NCBI GenBank assembly: GCA_001784635.1 | Contig: MFRS01000003.1 | Coordinates: 138,763 to 202,762, forward strand | DNA: 64,000 bases | Source of the DNA: Candidatus Micrarchaeota archaeon RBG_16_49_10 | GTDB taxonomy: Archaea; Aenigmatarchaeota; Aenigmatarchaeia; CG10238-14 | Direction of reading: 5' to 3' | Position numbers and translations under genes: made by a program | Part shown: positions 24,800-33,062 of the stretch, one piece after another | Numbering within the stretch: the stretch's first letter is position 1 | Layout: each line of letters opens with the position of its first letter | The notes under the pieces: model-generated | Databases searched by the model: none | What the model was told of the DNA's origin: nothing | The model's input: only the letters and a program-made list of their open reading frames with translations

Positions 24800-26818
24800 C
24801 TAAACCTTCTGTATGAACCCTGGCTTTGGCTCGAAGACAAGCCCCTCGGACTTCATCTTCCTTATTATCTCCTCTATGTTCTCCACTCCCGCGTCCCTGC
24901 ACCTCTTGACGACCTCCTCCATCGGGATGTTCTTCCCCATCACCTGGTGCAGCTCGTTGAGCGTGTCCAGGACTATCCTCATCTTGTTCCTCTGGGTGCT
25001 CGGCGTCCCCCCCTCTGCCCTGTCTATGTCTATCATCCCGGTCTCCTGGTCGAAGCCGAACTGCCTTATCGAGAACTTCATGATGTCTATCGCCCTGTCC
25101 GCATCCTCCATCGTGACTTTGTCGCTGAGCCTTATCTTTGCGCTAGCCTCCGCAAGCCTTATCAGGGCCTCGCATTGCCTGAGCGTGATCGGTATCGCAG
25201 AATCCTCACCGCCGGCTGTGGACCTAAGGCCGACATAGAAATCCTTCAGCGCATTCCCAGCTTCTCTGGTGAGCTCGGGCTTGCAGTTCTTTTTGGCGTA
25301 TGCTATGTACTTCCTCAGGAACTCGGGCTCTATGGCAGACTTTATCTCATCCTTCTTGAAGTGCCTCGAGTCGAGCACGTGCGTAATTATCCTCTCGTCC
25401 ATCTCCGCGTTCGGCACATCCCTGAGGGCAAACTTGACGTCGAACCTAGAGAGTATCGTTTCCGGAAGGTCCACCTGCTCCCTTATCGGAATGTAGGGGT
25501 CGAACCTCCCAAGCTTCGGGTTGGCGCCTCCCAGTATGGCCGTCCTCGAGGGTAAAGTCGCGACTATAGTGGCCTTCGCTATGGATATTTGCTGCAGGGA
25601 CATGGCCTCGTGCATCGCGATCTGGTCGGTCTTCTCCATCTTCTCGAACTCGTCGATGGCACATATGCTCTGGTTCGCCATCACAAGGACCCCAGCCTCC
25701 AACACCCAGCCGCCCAAGAACTGCTCATCCTTGACTACAGTAGCTGTAAGTCCAGCCCCAGTCACGCCCTTTCCAGAGACATACTTTCCCCTCGGTATTA
25801 TGGATGTCGCAAGCTTCAGCAGCTGCGACTTCCCCACTGAAGGGTCCCCTATCAGCAATATATGAATGTCCCCGCGGATTCTTGTGTTGTCCTGCAGCAG
25901 GTGAGGAACGCCGCCGAACAATTGAAAGATGATGGCCATCTTGACCTTCTCAAGCCCGAACATCGTAGGTGCCAGCGAGCCCACAAGCTTGTCGTATATC
26001 CCCTTGTCATTGGCTAAGTCCTTTATCCTCTTCGCGTCCTCCGGCGTTATCATCAGCTCCTCCCACTCAATCTCGACGGACTCCACGTTGTTGGCGGCAA
26101 TGAGTATGTCCTTCTGCTTCGTTTGCTGGCCCTTTGCGGTCCTCCTCGGGATCTCCTTCAGGATGCCCACGACCCTTATCCTGTTCCCCGGCTCGGTCTT
26201 GTTCCTCAGCTTCGTGGAGACCAGGTCCTCGGTGAGGTAGACCATCATGTCCGAAGGCCTCTCGCCTGTTGTTATCTCGAAAGGCTCCTCTATTGTTATC
26301 CACCTCGCATCGTAAAGCTTCTCCTTCAGGACGCGGAAGTTCCTCCTGTTGCCGCAGTCGCACCTTGCCGGGTACTTCATGGTCTTCTCCTTCTCGGTCT
26401 GGATGACGGACATCCTGTTCCCGCACTCGGGGCACTCGAAGACGATCTCGGAGACCTCGGGCCTGACCTCTGACGCCCTCTTCACTATGCCGTCCACGGA
26501 GAGGAGCTTCCCTATGTTCTTGGCCCTTATGTTCCTAATCCTTATGTTGGTGCTCTCCGGGAGGTTGAAGAGCCTGACAGTGACGGTGGCCTTCTCCGAG
26601 AAGTCGAACTGCCTTATCGACTCGTTCAGGTAGTCGATGGTCGCCTCTGGGGTGTCAATTATCTCGTCACTCAGGTCAGGGTTGAACTTGTCAATCAGGG
26701 AGAAGTCTATGTAAATAGATTCCAATCCCTTGGAGACAGTCTTGGCTAGCTCTTTGTAGTAGTTTTGCCTAAGGAACTCCGAAAACTGATTTATGATTTG
26801 GTCCTTGTCCATAATCAT
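24800..26818 (-). CDS. mcm: MCM replicative helicase (no intein)
   Basis: 672 aa. Zinc motif CPECG...CDCG, Walker A GDPSVGKSQ, Walker B CAIDEFEKM, the SRFD arginine finger, and a C-terminal wH. Confidence 0.97.
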   Translation of the reverse strand: MIMDKDQIINQFSEFLRQNYYKELAKTVSKGLESIYIDFSLIDKFNPDLSDEIIDTPEATIDYLNESIRQFDFSEKATVTVRLFNLPESTNIRIRNIRAKNIGKLLSVDGIVKRASEVRPEVSEIVFECPECGNRMSVIQTEKEKTMKYPARCDCGNRRNFRVLKEKLYDARWITIEEPFEITTGERPSDMMVYLTEDLVSTKLRNKTEPGNRIRVVGILKEIPRRTAKGQQTKQKDILIAANNVESVEIEWEELMITPEDAKRIKDLANDKGIYDKLVGSLAPTMFGLEKVKMAIIFQLFGGVPHLLQDNTRIRGDIHILLIGDPSVGKSQLLKLATSIIPRGKYVSGKGVTGAGLTATVVKDEQFLGGWVLEAGVLVMANQSICAIDEFEKMEKTDQIAMHEAMSLQQISIAKATIVATLPSRTAILGGANPKLGRFDPYIPIREQVDLPETILSRFDVKFALRDVPNAEMDERIITHVLDSRHFKKDEIKSAIEPEFLRKYIAYAKKNCKPELTREAGNALKDFYVGLRSTAGGEDSAIPITLRQCEALIRLAEASAKIRLSDKVTMEDADRAIDIMKFSIRQFGFDQETGMIDIDRAEGGTPSTQRNKMRIVLDTLNELHQVMGKNIPMEEVVKRCRDAGVENIEEIIRKMKSEGLVFEPKPGFIQKV

Positions 26819-27369
26819 TATTTGCCCATAGCGCCTATCTCCTTGAGCCTCTTGGAGACGCTCTTCACGGCATATTCGATGTCCTCGACCTTCCTAGCCC
26901 CCGTGCACACTATCTTCCCCGAGCTGAACAGCAGGAAAGCCACCTTCGGGCTCTTCATCCTGTACACGAGTCCTGGAAACTGCTCCGGCTCATACTCCGA
27001 GTCCTCCAGATCGAAGGCTATCTTGTCCAGGTTGAGCAACGACTCCAGCTTCGAGGAGGCGACTATGTTCTCGATTTGAATATCATACTTCTTCGGATTG
27101 CCTATGCCGGCTTCCTTTATGACCTTCACCACCTTCTTGACCACTTTCTTGACGTCCTCTACGCTCCTAGCCCCCGTGCACACTATCTTCCCCGAGGAGA
27201 ATATCAGCGTGGCTGCCTTGGGATCCTTGACCCTGTACACGAGTCCTGGAAACTGCTCCGGCTCATATTCCGTTCCTTCAAGGTTCTCTGCCAGGTTCTC
27301 CAATGGTATCCTTATCCCTAGGGACACTGAAGCGACAATGTTCTCGATTTTGATCTCAAACTTAGGCAT
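26818..27369 (-). CDS. tbp: TATA-box binding protein
   Basis: 183 aa with two TBP repeats, each containing IENIVAS...EYEPEQFPGLVYR...FSSGKIVCTGAR. The stop overlaps the mcm start (TAATG). Confidence 0.97.
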   Translation of the reverse strand: MPKFEIKIENIVASVSLGIRIPLENLAENLEGTEYEPEQFPGLVYRVKDPKAATLIFSSGKIVCTGARSVEDVKKVVKKVVKVIKEAGIGNPKKYDIQIENIVASSKLESLLNLDKIAFDLEDSEYEPEQFPGLVYRMKSPKVAFLLFSSGKIVCTGARKVEDIEYAVKSVSKRLKEIGAMGK

Positions 27370-27419
27370 TCCACATCACAAGATTAAATGTTATTTTTAA
27401 AGTATTTAAAAAGACAATT

Positions 27420-27896
27420 TTAGAGGTAATCACCGCAATTAAGTAAAAATTCGTTGAGCTTCCATGCGGGCACGACTATGACATTGTTATATTCGGCTAT
27501 GTCCTCCTCGAACCAGGTTATCAATAAGGGAATCACCTTTTTTTGGGCCATTTTCAGCGTCCTTTTGGCTATCTCGTTCCCTTTCAGGAACTTCCCCAGC
27601 TCTTCGCACCGCTCCTTCTGGACGTTCACAGCCTCCTTCAGGGCCGATTTCTTGTACCTCCCCCTGTTCCAGAACTTGCAGTCCACCCCGAAGTTGTAGA
27701 GCCTCCCCACAGCGAAAACATCAATTTCCCACCTTTTCTCGGTCTTGAAGCGGAAGTTGGTCCTTACCTTGTACTCGTGCTCTTCAAAGATTTTGGAAAC
27801 AAGCTGCTCGAAGTCCTGCCATTCGATGCCGACTAGAACACTTTCTAGGGCTTCCCCAGCCTCTAACCTACCCCTAACCTCTTCCAGGGAAATCAT
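27420..27896 (-). CDS. Restriction-endonuclease-fold protein (Mrr_cat/PD-(D/E)xK-like)
   Basis: I trim the 243-aa track ORF to the ATG at 27896 (MISLEEV...), because the upstream extension overlaps rnhB. WQDFEQLVSKIFEEHEYKV...EIDVFAV...FGVDCKFW fits the D...(D/E)xK core. Confidence 0.55.
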   Translation of the reverse strand: MISLEEVRGRLEAGEALESVLVGIEWQDFEQLVSKIFEEHEYKVRTNFRFKTEKRWEIDVFAVGRLYNFGVDCKFWNRGRYKKSALKEAVNVQKERCEELGKFLKGNEIAKRTLKMAQKKVIPLLITWFEEDIAEYNNVIVVPAWKLNEFLLNCGDYL

Positions 27897-27932
27897 ATTA
27901 TTAATAGAAAAAACACAATTATTACTCTTGAG

Positions 27933-28637
27933 GTGTTTCCTGTGGCCGAAAAGTTGGTTCTTGGCATTGACGAGGCGGGCCGCGGGTCTGTCCTCGGTCC
28001 TATGGTACTGTGCGGTTTGGCCGTCAGGGAGAGCCAGCAGAGCCAACTGAAAGAGCTTGGTGTTAAGGACTCGAAGATGCTTACCCCTAAGAGGAGGGAG
28101 TTCCTCGCCAAGGAGATAGAGAAGATAGCCGAGCACACGATAGTCTTCCATGTCCCTCCCTGCAAGATAGACAGCGACAGGGCGAAGGGGATAAACCTGA
28201 ACCAGATAGAGGCCATCAGGATGGCTGACATCATAAACATGGTGCAGCCCGACAAGGCGATTATAGACACTCCGAGCTACAACAGCGACAAGTTCGAGAG
28301 CTTCCTTAGGTCGAAGCTGGATTCTAAGGACGTGGAACTGGTCTGCGAGAACTACGCGGACAAGAACTGGCCTGTCGTATCTGCGGCCTCCATAGTGGCG
28401 AAGGTGAGCAGGGACGACAAAATCAAGAAATTAGAAAAGAAAGTAGGGGAGCCTTTGGGTGTTGGGTACCCGCATGACGAGCTCACGATAAAGCACTTGG
28501 AGAAGCTGGCCAGGGACAACAATGGGAAAATGCCGGACTATGTCAGGAAGAGTTGGGATACTACAGAACAGATAATAAAAAAATATAAACAGAAAGGGTT
28601 GAAAGGGTTCTTTGGAAAGAAGAAAGAGCCTTGCTAA
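27933..28637 (+). CDS. rnhB: Ribonuclease HII
   Basis: 234 aa. LGIDEAGRGSVLGPMV, DSK and IDTPSY... motifs. Confidence 0.92.
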   Translation: MFPVAEKLVLGIDEAGRGSVLGPMVLCGLAVRESQQSQLKELGVKDSKMLTPKRREFLAKEIEKIAEHTIVFHVPPCKIDSDRAKGINLNQIEAIRMADIINMVQPDKAIIDTPSYNSDKFESFLRSKLDSKDVELVCENYADKNWPVVSAASIVAKVSRDDKIKKLEKKVGEPLGVGYPHDELTIKHLEKLARDNNGKMPDYVRKSWDTTEQIIKKYKQKGLKGFFGKKKEPC

Positions 28638-28724
28638 TAAGTATTTTTTAATTCTTAAAATTTCTTCGTTGTAAAAAGATTCATCACTTATACCCCAAAC
28701 CTTATACTATCAAATAATAAAAAA

Positions 28725-29171
28725 TTAAAAGTCGGCCCCGAACCTTCTAGCAACCCTCACACCAGCCTCAACTACGTTCAAGGCGTCGCTGACTACACCA
28801 GCGCCAAAGGCTACATACCTCAAGCCCCTCCTGAGCCTGCTCCCGTCCCTTTGGTTGGTCTCCCTTATTACCCTCAGCCTTCCCGGGGCGGTCGTCAAGT
28901 CATAAGCCGATGTAACTCCATTGACGGTGTTTGCGAAGACGACGCCGTTCTGGTACAGCATCGGGTTGTCTGCTATCCCTTTGACGCCGCCGTTGCCTCT
29001 CAGACCCTGGTACAGCTGGGTAGCATTATTTGCTAGCTGATACCCTTCTGTAACCACGACAAAAGGCGGGTTTAGGCCGTTAGTGGCAACATATCCACCA
29101 AGGTTTAAGGCTTGGGCCGCTGTCCCAACTCCAGCATCCAACGCGTATAACCAATCTTGTGCCTTTCCCAT
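28725..29171 (-). CDS. Orphan Gly/Asn/Ala-rich soluble protein
   Basis: I trim the track ORF (207 aa) to the ATG at 29171 (MGKAQDWLYALDAG...), because the extension runs through the AT-rich promoter region and the neighbouring gene. No TM, no known motif. Confidence 0.45.
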   Translation of the reverse strand: MGKAQDWLYALDAGVGTAAQALNLGGYVATNGLNPPFVVVTEGYQLANNATQLYQGLRGNGGVKGIADNPMLYQNGVVFANTVNGVTSAYDLTTAPGRLRVIRETNQRDGSRLRRGLRYVAFGAGVVSDALNVVEAGVRVARRFGADF

Positions 29172-29284
29172 ATCAATCCCAATTACTAAAAAGGAGTGAC
29201 AAAATTTATATATAATTGATATAAAATATATAATAAAGGTGATTTTATATAAAAAGGAAGGCGATAAAGCTCGGCTCAACCTAC
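29172..29284. promoter_or_regulatory. AT-rich divergent promoter region with several TATA-like boxes
   Basis: aatttatatataattgatataaaatatataataaaggtgattttatataaaaagg lies between two divergently oriented genes. Confidence 0.4.
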
Positions 29285-30226
29285 GTGGTTTCATTACCAC
29301 TCTCTTGGTCCAGGCGGTTTGAGATTGACAAAAAAAGGGAGCTCTCATTACAGGAAACCGAGGACGGCATACTGTCGATAATACCTGGCGACATGAAGAA
29401 TGTTAAGGACGAAACCTCGATATCAATAACAAAAACGACGACCTCGGACAAGATTTATTACCGGATTCTTAGGGCGTACCTGAGCGGCTACAGCAGAATC
29501 ACCCTTTTCGGCGAGTTGAACGACGAGCAGATGGACTTCCTCGACATAATCCACAAGAGGATAGTAGGCTTAGAGGTCACAGAACAGCAGGAGGATAGGA
29601 TTGTGCTCACAGACCTTCTGAAGCCCGAGGACGTGAGCCTGGACAAGATAGTCAACCAGATGTTCTCCTTCATCACAGTCATGGTGAAGGACATAATCTC
29701 GGACATAGAGCAAGGGATAAAGCCCGGTGACAAGATACTGGACAGGGACTCCATAACCGTGCGCAACCACAACCTCGCGTACAGGTGCTGCAACATGGCG
29801 CTGAAGGATTCTGTGTATTTGGGAAGGCTGAGGAAGAAGACCAACGAGATACTGGTGTTATCCAGGATAGTCAGGAGCCTGGACATGATTGGGACGATAC
29901 TCATCGGGATAAGCTACCTGATAAATGACGAGATGACCGCCGGCATGAGGAAGCACCACTACAAGATCCTCGAGAAGGACGAGGAGACGACAAAGATACT
30001 TTTGGATTACCTGAAAAAATGGCTGCTTTATTTCCAGGACACCAAGATGGTGCTGAGGGAGAGGAACATAGAGAAGGCGACCAACCTCTACATAAAGAGG
30101 TTCGACTACAAGATAAAAGTGGCCAAAGGGACTAGGAAGCCAGAATACCTCTCCCACATAACGGACTTCTGCAACCAGCTGAACATGATGACCGCGCTGA
30201 TACTCAGGGACTTCATCATGTACTGA
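29285..30226 (+). CDS. AbrB/SpoVT-domain plus PhoU-domain regulator (archaeal PhoU-like); true start probably upstream of the first canonical start codon
   Basis: 313 aa from the GTG. VSLPLSWSRRFEIDKKRELSLQETEDGILSIIPG is an AbrB-like swapped-hairpin, followed by helical PhoU-like repeats. See the finding on the start codon. Confidence 0.7.
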   Translation: MVSLPLSWSRRFEIDKKRELSLQETEDGILSIIPGDMKNVKDETSISITKTTTSDKIYYRILRAYLSGYSRITLFGELNDEQMDFLDIIHKRIVGLEVTEQQEDRIVLTDLLKPEDVSLDKIVNQMFSFITVMVKDIISDIEQGIKPGDKILDRDSITVRNHNLAYRCCNMALKDSVYLGRLRKKTNEILVLSRIVRSLDMIGTILIGISYLINDEMTAGMRKHHYKILEKDEETTKILLDYLKKWLLYFQDTKMVLRERNIEKATNLYIKRFDYKIKVAKGTRKPEYLSHITDFCNQLNMMTALILRDFIMY

Positions 30227-30905
30227 ACTTAACAGCCTTCAAGAACTTGTCGGAATCGGTAAAATCTTCTAGAATTAAATCAGGATTGCCTCTCATCAGT
30301 TCGCTTTTTCTGAAGATGCCTGTGCAGACCGAGATGGTTTTTAGCCCGTTTGCTTTCCCGACCTCTATGTCGCATGGCGTATCCCCGATAATGAATATGT
30401 CTTTCTTTTGGAATTTTACTCCGAATCTCTCTTCTGCTTGGCTGATGGCTACCGGAGCCAGTTCAGACCTTTTCTCCGAGTAGGATCCAAACCCTCCAGC
30501 CTTGAAATGATGCTCCACACCGAATTTTTTCAGTTTAATTCTGGCCACTTCCTCCAGGTTTCCTGTCAGTAAACCTATTTTTACATTGTTCCGGTCCAAC
30601 TCTTCCAGAAGGCGTTTCACGTTTGGCAAGAGACGGAAGTCATCATCCCTATTGATGTTCATTCTCGCATAGTTCCTCATGTTCCTAAATATGTCGGGGA
30701 GCCTTTTTTCCGTAAGTTCCCTGGTCACCCCTTTCCTCTTCAGAGTCTCGAAAATTATCCCCCTGTCGGTCCAACCGGAAAATTCCCATCCAGGGGGGTT
30801 TGTGTCGATGCCGAAGACCAGTTTTATCGCATACGGGAAAGATTCCTCTCCAACCCTGAAACGGTTAACAAGCGTCCCATCAACGTCGAAAAGCACCAAT
30901 TTCAT
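30216..30905 (-). CDS. HAD-superfamily hydrolase (phosphoglycolate phosphatase-like)
   Basis: 229 aa. Motif I is LFDVDGTLV and motif IV is IGDTPCD. Confidence 0.85.
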   Translation of the reverse strand: MKLVLFDVDGTLVNRFRVGEESFPYAIKLVFGIDTNPPGWEFSGWTDRGIIFETLKRKGVTRELTEKRLPDIFRNMRNYARMNINRDDDFRLLPNVKRLLEELDRNNVKIGLLTGNLEEVARIKLKKFGVEHHFKAGGFGSYSEKRSELAPVAISQAEERFGVKFQKKDIFIIGDTPCDIEVGKANGLKTISVCTGIFRKSELMRGNPDLILEDFTDSDKFLKAVKFST

Positions 30906-30947
30906 GATAAAAGGTTGGAGTTAAAACTTAAATCCTCAACTTCAACA

Positions 30948-31595
30948 TTATTTGGTATAAATCGGCCAGACCTTGTTGAACCATTCGGCAATCTCCTCGA
31001 TGTCCCAATCCTCAATCAGCATCTTCCCCATATGTACGCATGAGCTCTCCCAGCTTATCAGGAGCTGCGCCGTTATGAAATGGAGTATCACCTTCTGGAA
31101 AGTTGAAAGGCTGTCGTAACTTTCAATGAAGGGTATAGTAAGCCTTCTCCAAATCAGCATCCCCTTCTTTTTCGAAGGATAAAAACTCAGCAAAAGATTG
31201 TCCTGGAACAGGTCTGGGAACTCATCTTCATGTTTTTCCATATGGTCTTCGAAACCTACCTTTTTGATCAAACTGAACTCCTCCTTGCTGAACAGGTGTT
31301 TGAAATCCTCGTCCCTTATTTCCAAGTCATCCTCGTTCCAGTCGGCAATCAGGCCATCCATGCTCGAATCGATTCTATCAAGAACAACCAGGGCCTTAAT
31401 CATGAATTTCTTGTACTGCATCTCGGTCTGCGAGATGGCGAGAACGGCCAACAATTCCTTATCTTTCGAGTCGTACTTTTTCTTGCTCAGTAGATTCACA
31501 AGGCTCTCCCATTCTGGCGATACATTCAGCACAGGATTTTTGTTCCCTTTTACGATTTCCCCTACCCTTATCACAGTCATCACTTCTTGAACCAA
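30948..31595 (-). CDS. Acidic protein of unknown function, overlaps the end of fen
   Basis: 215-aa ORF. Its first 16 nt overlap the fen stop region on the same strand. No motif recognised. Confidence 0.5.
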   Translation of the reverse strand: MVQEVMTVIRVGEIVKGNKNPVLNVSPEWESLVNLLSKKKYDSKDKELLAVLAISQTEMQYKKFMIKALVVLDRIDSSMDGLIADWNEDDLEIRDEDFKHLFSKEEFSLIKKVGFEDHMEKHEDEFPDLFQDNLLLSFYPSKKKGMLIWRRLTIPFIESYDSLSTFQKVILHFITAQLLISWESSCVHMGKMLIEDWDIEEIAEWFNKVWPIYTK

Positions 31596-32611
31596 TTTTC
31601 CAGCTTTGTCTGTGCCCCTTCGACCTTGTTTTTCTTAAGCACGTTCAACCCATTATCTACCCTAGCCTCGGAGAAGTCATGGTCCATCAGGAAGCCCCTG
31701 ACCTTGTCCAAATCCAAATCCTTCGCCTCTATCGAATAATCTTCAAAGGCGGGAGGGTTAATGAAAAAATCGAAAATCTCGTGCGGGTCGTTCTCGAAAC
31801 CCCACTCAATCTTCTTCAGGACGCCATCGAGCGTCTTATTCTCCTTGGTCAGCTTCAACGCAGTCTTTGGCCCCACGCCTTTTATGCCTCCAGGGTTGTA
31901 GTCAGTCCCAATCAGCATGCCTACTATTATCAGCTGCTCTTGATTCAGCCCCAGCTCGGAAAGCACGTTCTTCAATTTTATGATTTCAGGAGTCACTTCA
32001 ACCCACTTCTCTTTCCTGGGAAGCTTTTTTTTGCCAGATATCGAAAGGTTCCTTACAAGCACCTCCCCGCCGAATAGGAGCGAATCGAAGTCCTGACTCC
32101 CCACAGCATACACGTCCCCCTTTTTGGCTAGCAGCACGGCCTGCGCCTCCCCTTCGGATTTGGCCTGCACCCAGGGGATTCCCATATAATCGAGCAACTG
32201 CTTGCTCTCCTCTATCATGAAGTCGGTAAGCTTCGCCGAGGCCTGGGCGTAAACCATGACATCCTCCTTCCTGCCCTCCTCGACAGCCTTCTCCCACTTC
32301 TTCCTAGCCTCCTCCCTGACCTTCTTCCTCGCCTCCACGACCCCCCTCTTGAACTTTGGCGGCTCCCCGTCGAAGACGAAGATAGGTTTGACCCCGTTCT
32401 CCAGCAAGTTTATGTTCCTGTAGAACAGGCCGGACAGGTGGGAAGTGATTCTACCCTTTGAGTCCCTGAGCAGCTCTCCCGTGTCCCGATGGCGTATTAT
32501 GCTGAGGAACTGGAAGATTGTGTTGAATGCATCGACGGCTATCTTCTTGCCTCTCAAGTCATCTAAGGATATACCCTCTTTCGGTATTATGCTGGTGAGT
32601 TGAACACCCAT
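31580..32611 (-). CDS. fen: Flap endonuclease 1
   Basis: 343 aa. MGVQL..., AVDAFN, FVFDGEPP, SEGEAQ and GTDYNPGG motifs. Confidence 0.95.
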   Translation of the reverse strand: MGVQLTSIIPKEGISLDDLRGKKIAVDAFNTIFQFLSIIRHRDTGELLRDSKGRITSHLSGLFYRNINLLENGVKPIFVFDGEPPKFKRGVVEARKKVREEARKKWEKAVEEGRKEDVMVYAQASAKLTDFMIEESKQLLDYMGIPWVQAKSEGEAQAVLLAKKGDVYAVGSQDFDSLLFGGEVLVRNLSISGKKKLPRKEKWVEVTPEIIKLKNVLSELGLNQEQLIIVGMLIGTDYNPGGIKGVGPKTALKLTKENKTLDGVLKKIEWGFENDPHEIFDFFINPPAFEDYSIEAKDLDLDKVRGFLMDHDFSEARVDNGLNVLKKNKVEGAQTKLENWFKK

Positions 32612-32638
32612 AAATAAAATTAGAAATAAAAAAAGAAA

Positions 32639-32965
32639 TTACTTTTTCTTTTTGGCTGCTTTCTTGGCTGGTGCCTTCTTAGCCGCTCTCACAGGCCTGG
32701 CTTGCTTGACTTCCTTTTCCTTCTCCTCTTCTGCCTTCAGCTCCTTCTCTATCTTCCACTCGTCAAGCTCTAACCAAACTATGAAAAGCCCTATAAGCAT
32801 TATGAACGGTGGCAGAGTACCTTGAATCACTGTCCCGAGAGATTTCCACATGTATACTCCTAAACCAATCTCTCCGCCCATTAGTTCATATGCGTATAGA
32901 CCAAGAGGAACGACCAGCAACAAAACTCCAATCAAAAGCTTTAAAGCCCCCATTTGTTTTTTCAC
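32639..32965 (-). CDS. Small two-TM membrane protein with Lys/Ala-rich C-terminal tail
   Basis: 108 aa with two hydrophobic helices followed by ELKAEEEKEKEVKQARPVRAAKKAPAKKAAKKKK. Confidence 0.5.
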   Translation of the reverse strand: MKKQMGALKLLIGVLLLVVPLGLYAYELMGGEIGLGVYMWKSLGTVIQGTLPPFIMLIGLFIVWLELDEWKIEKELKAEEEKEKEVKQARPVRAAKKAPAKKAAKKKK

Positions 32966-33062
32966 CGTCCCGATGGTTAATAGATTTTATATTAGCGTTT
33001 AGCTATTTAAGTTTTGAATTTTTCTACCTGATGCGAACATTTTATCTCGGGGATTTCGAGTC

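Noticed and set aside
24813-26633. Series of plus-strand ORFs (141, 202, 114, 116 aa and others) inside mcm, and similar long antisense ORFs inside pyrG (58631-59347), the DUF4382 gene (45089-45787), the M50 protease gene (10651-11349) and the RPA-like gene (23275-23688)
   Set aside because: All lie opposite strongly supported GC-rich genes. Stop-codon depletion on the antisense strand of GC-rich coding DNA explains them, and their translations are Arg/Pro/Leu-rich nonsense.
27897-28151. N-terminal 85-codon extension of the restriction-endonuclease-fold ORF (track call 27420-28151)
   Set aside because: The extension overlaps the well-supported rnhB gene on the other strand and has no domain content. 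An internal ATG at 27896 gives a compact PD-(D/E)xK protein with a sensible divergent spacer.
29172-29348. N-terminal 59-codon extension of the orphan ORF (track call 28725-29348)
   Set aside because: It runs through the AT-rich TATA-box region and into the AbrB-PhoU gene. Its translation (…YFISIIYKFCHSF…) is AT-rich read-through, not protein-like.
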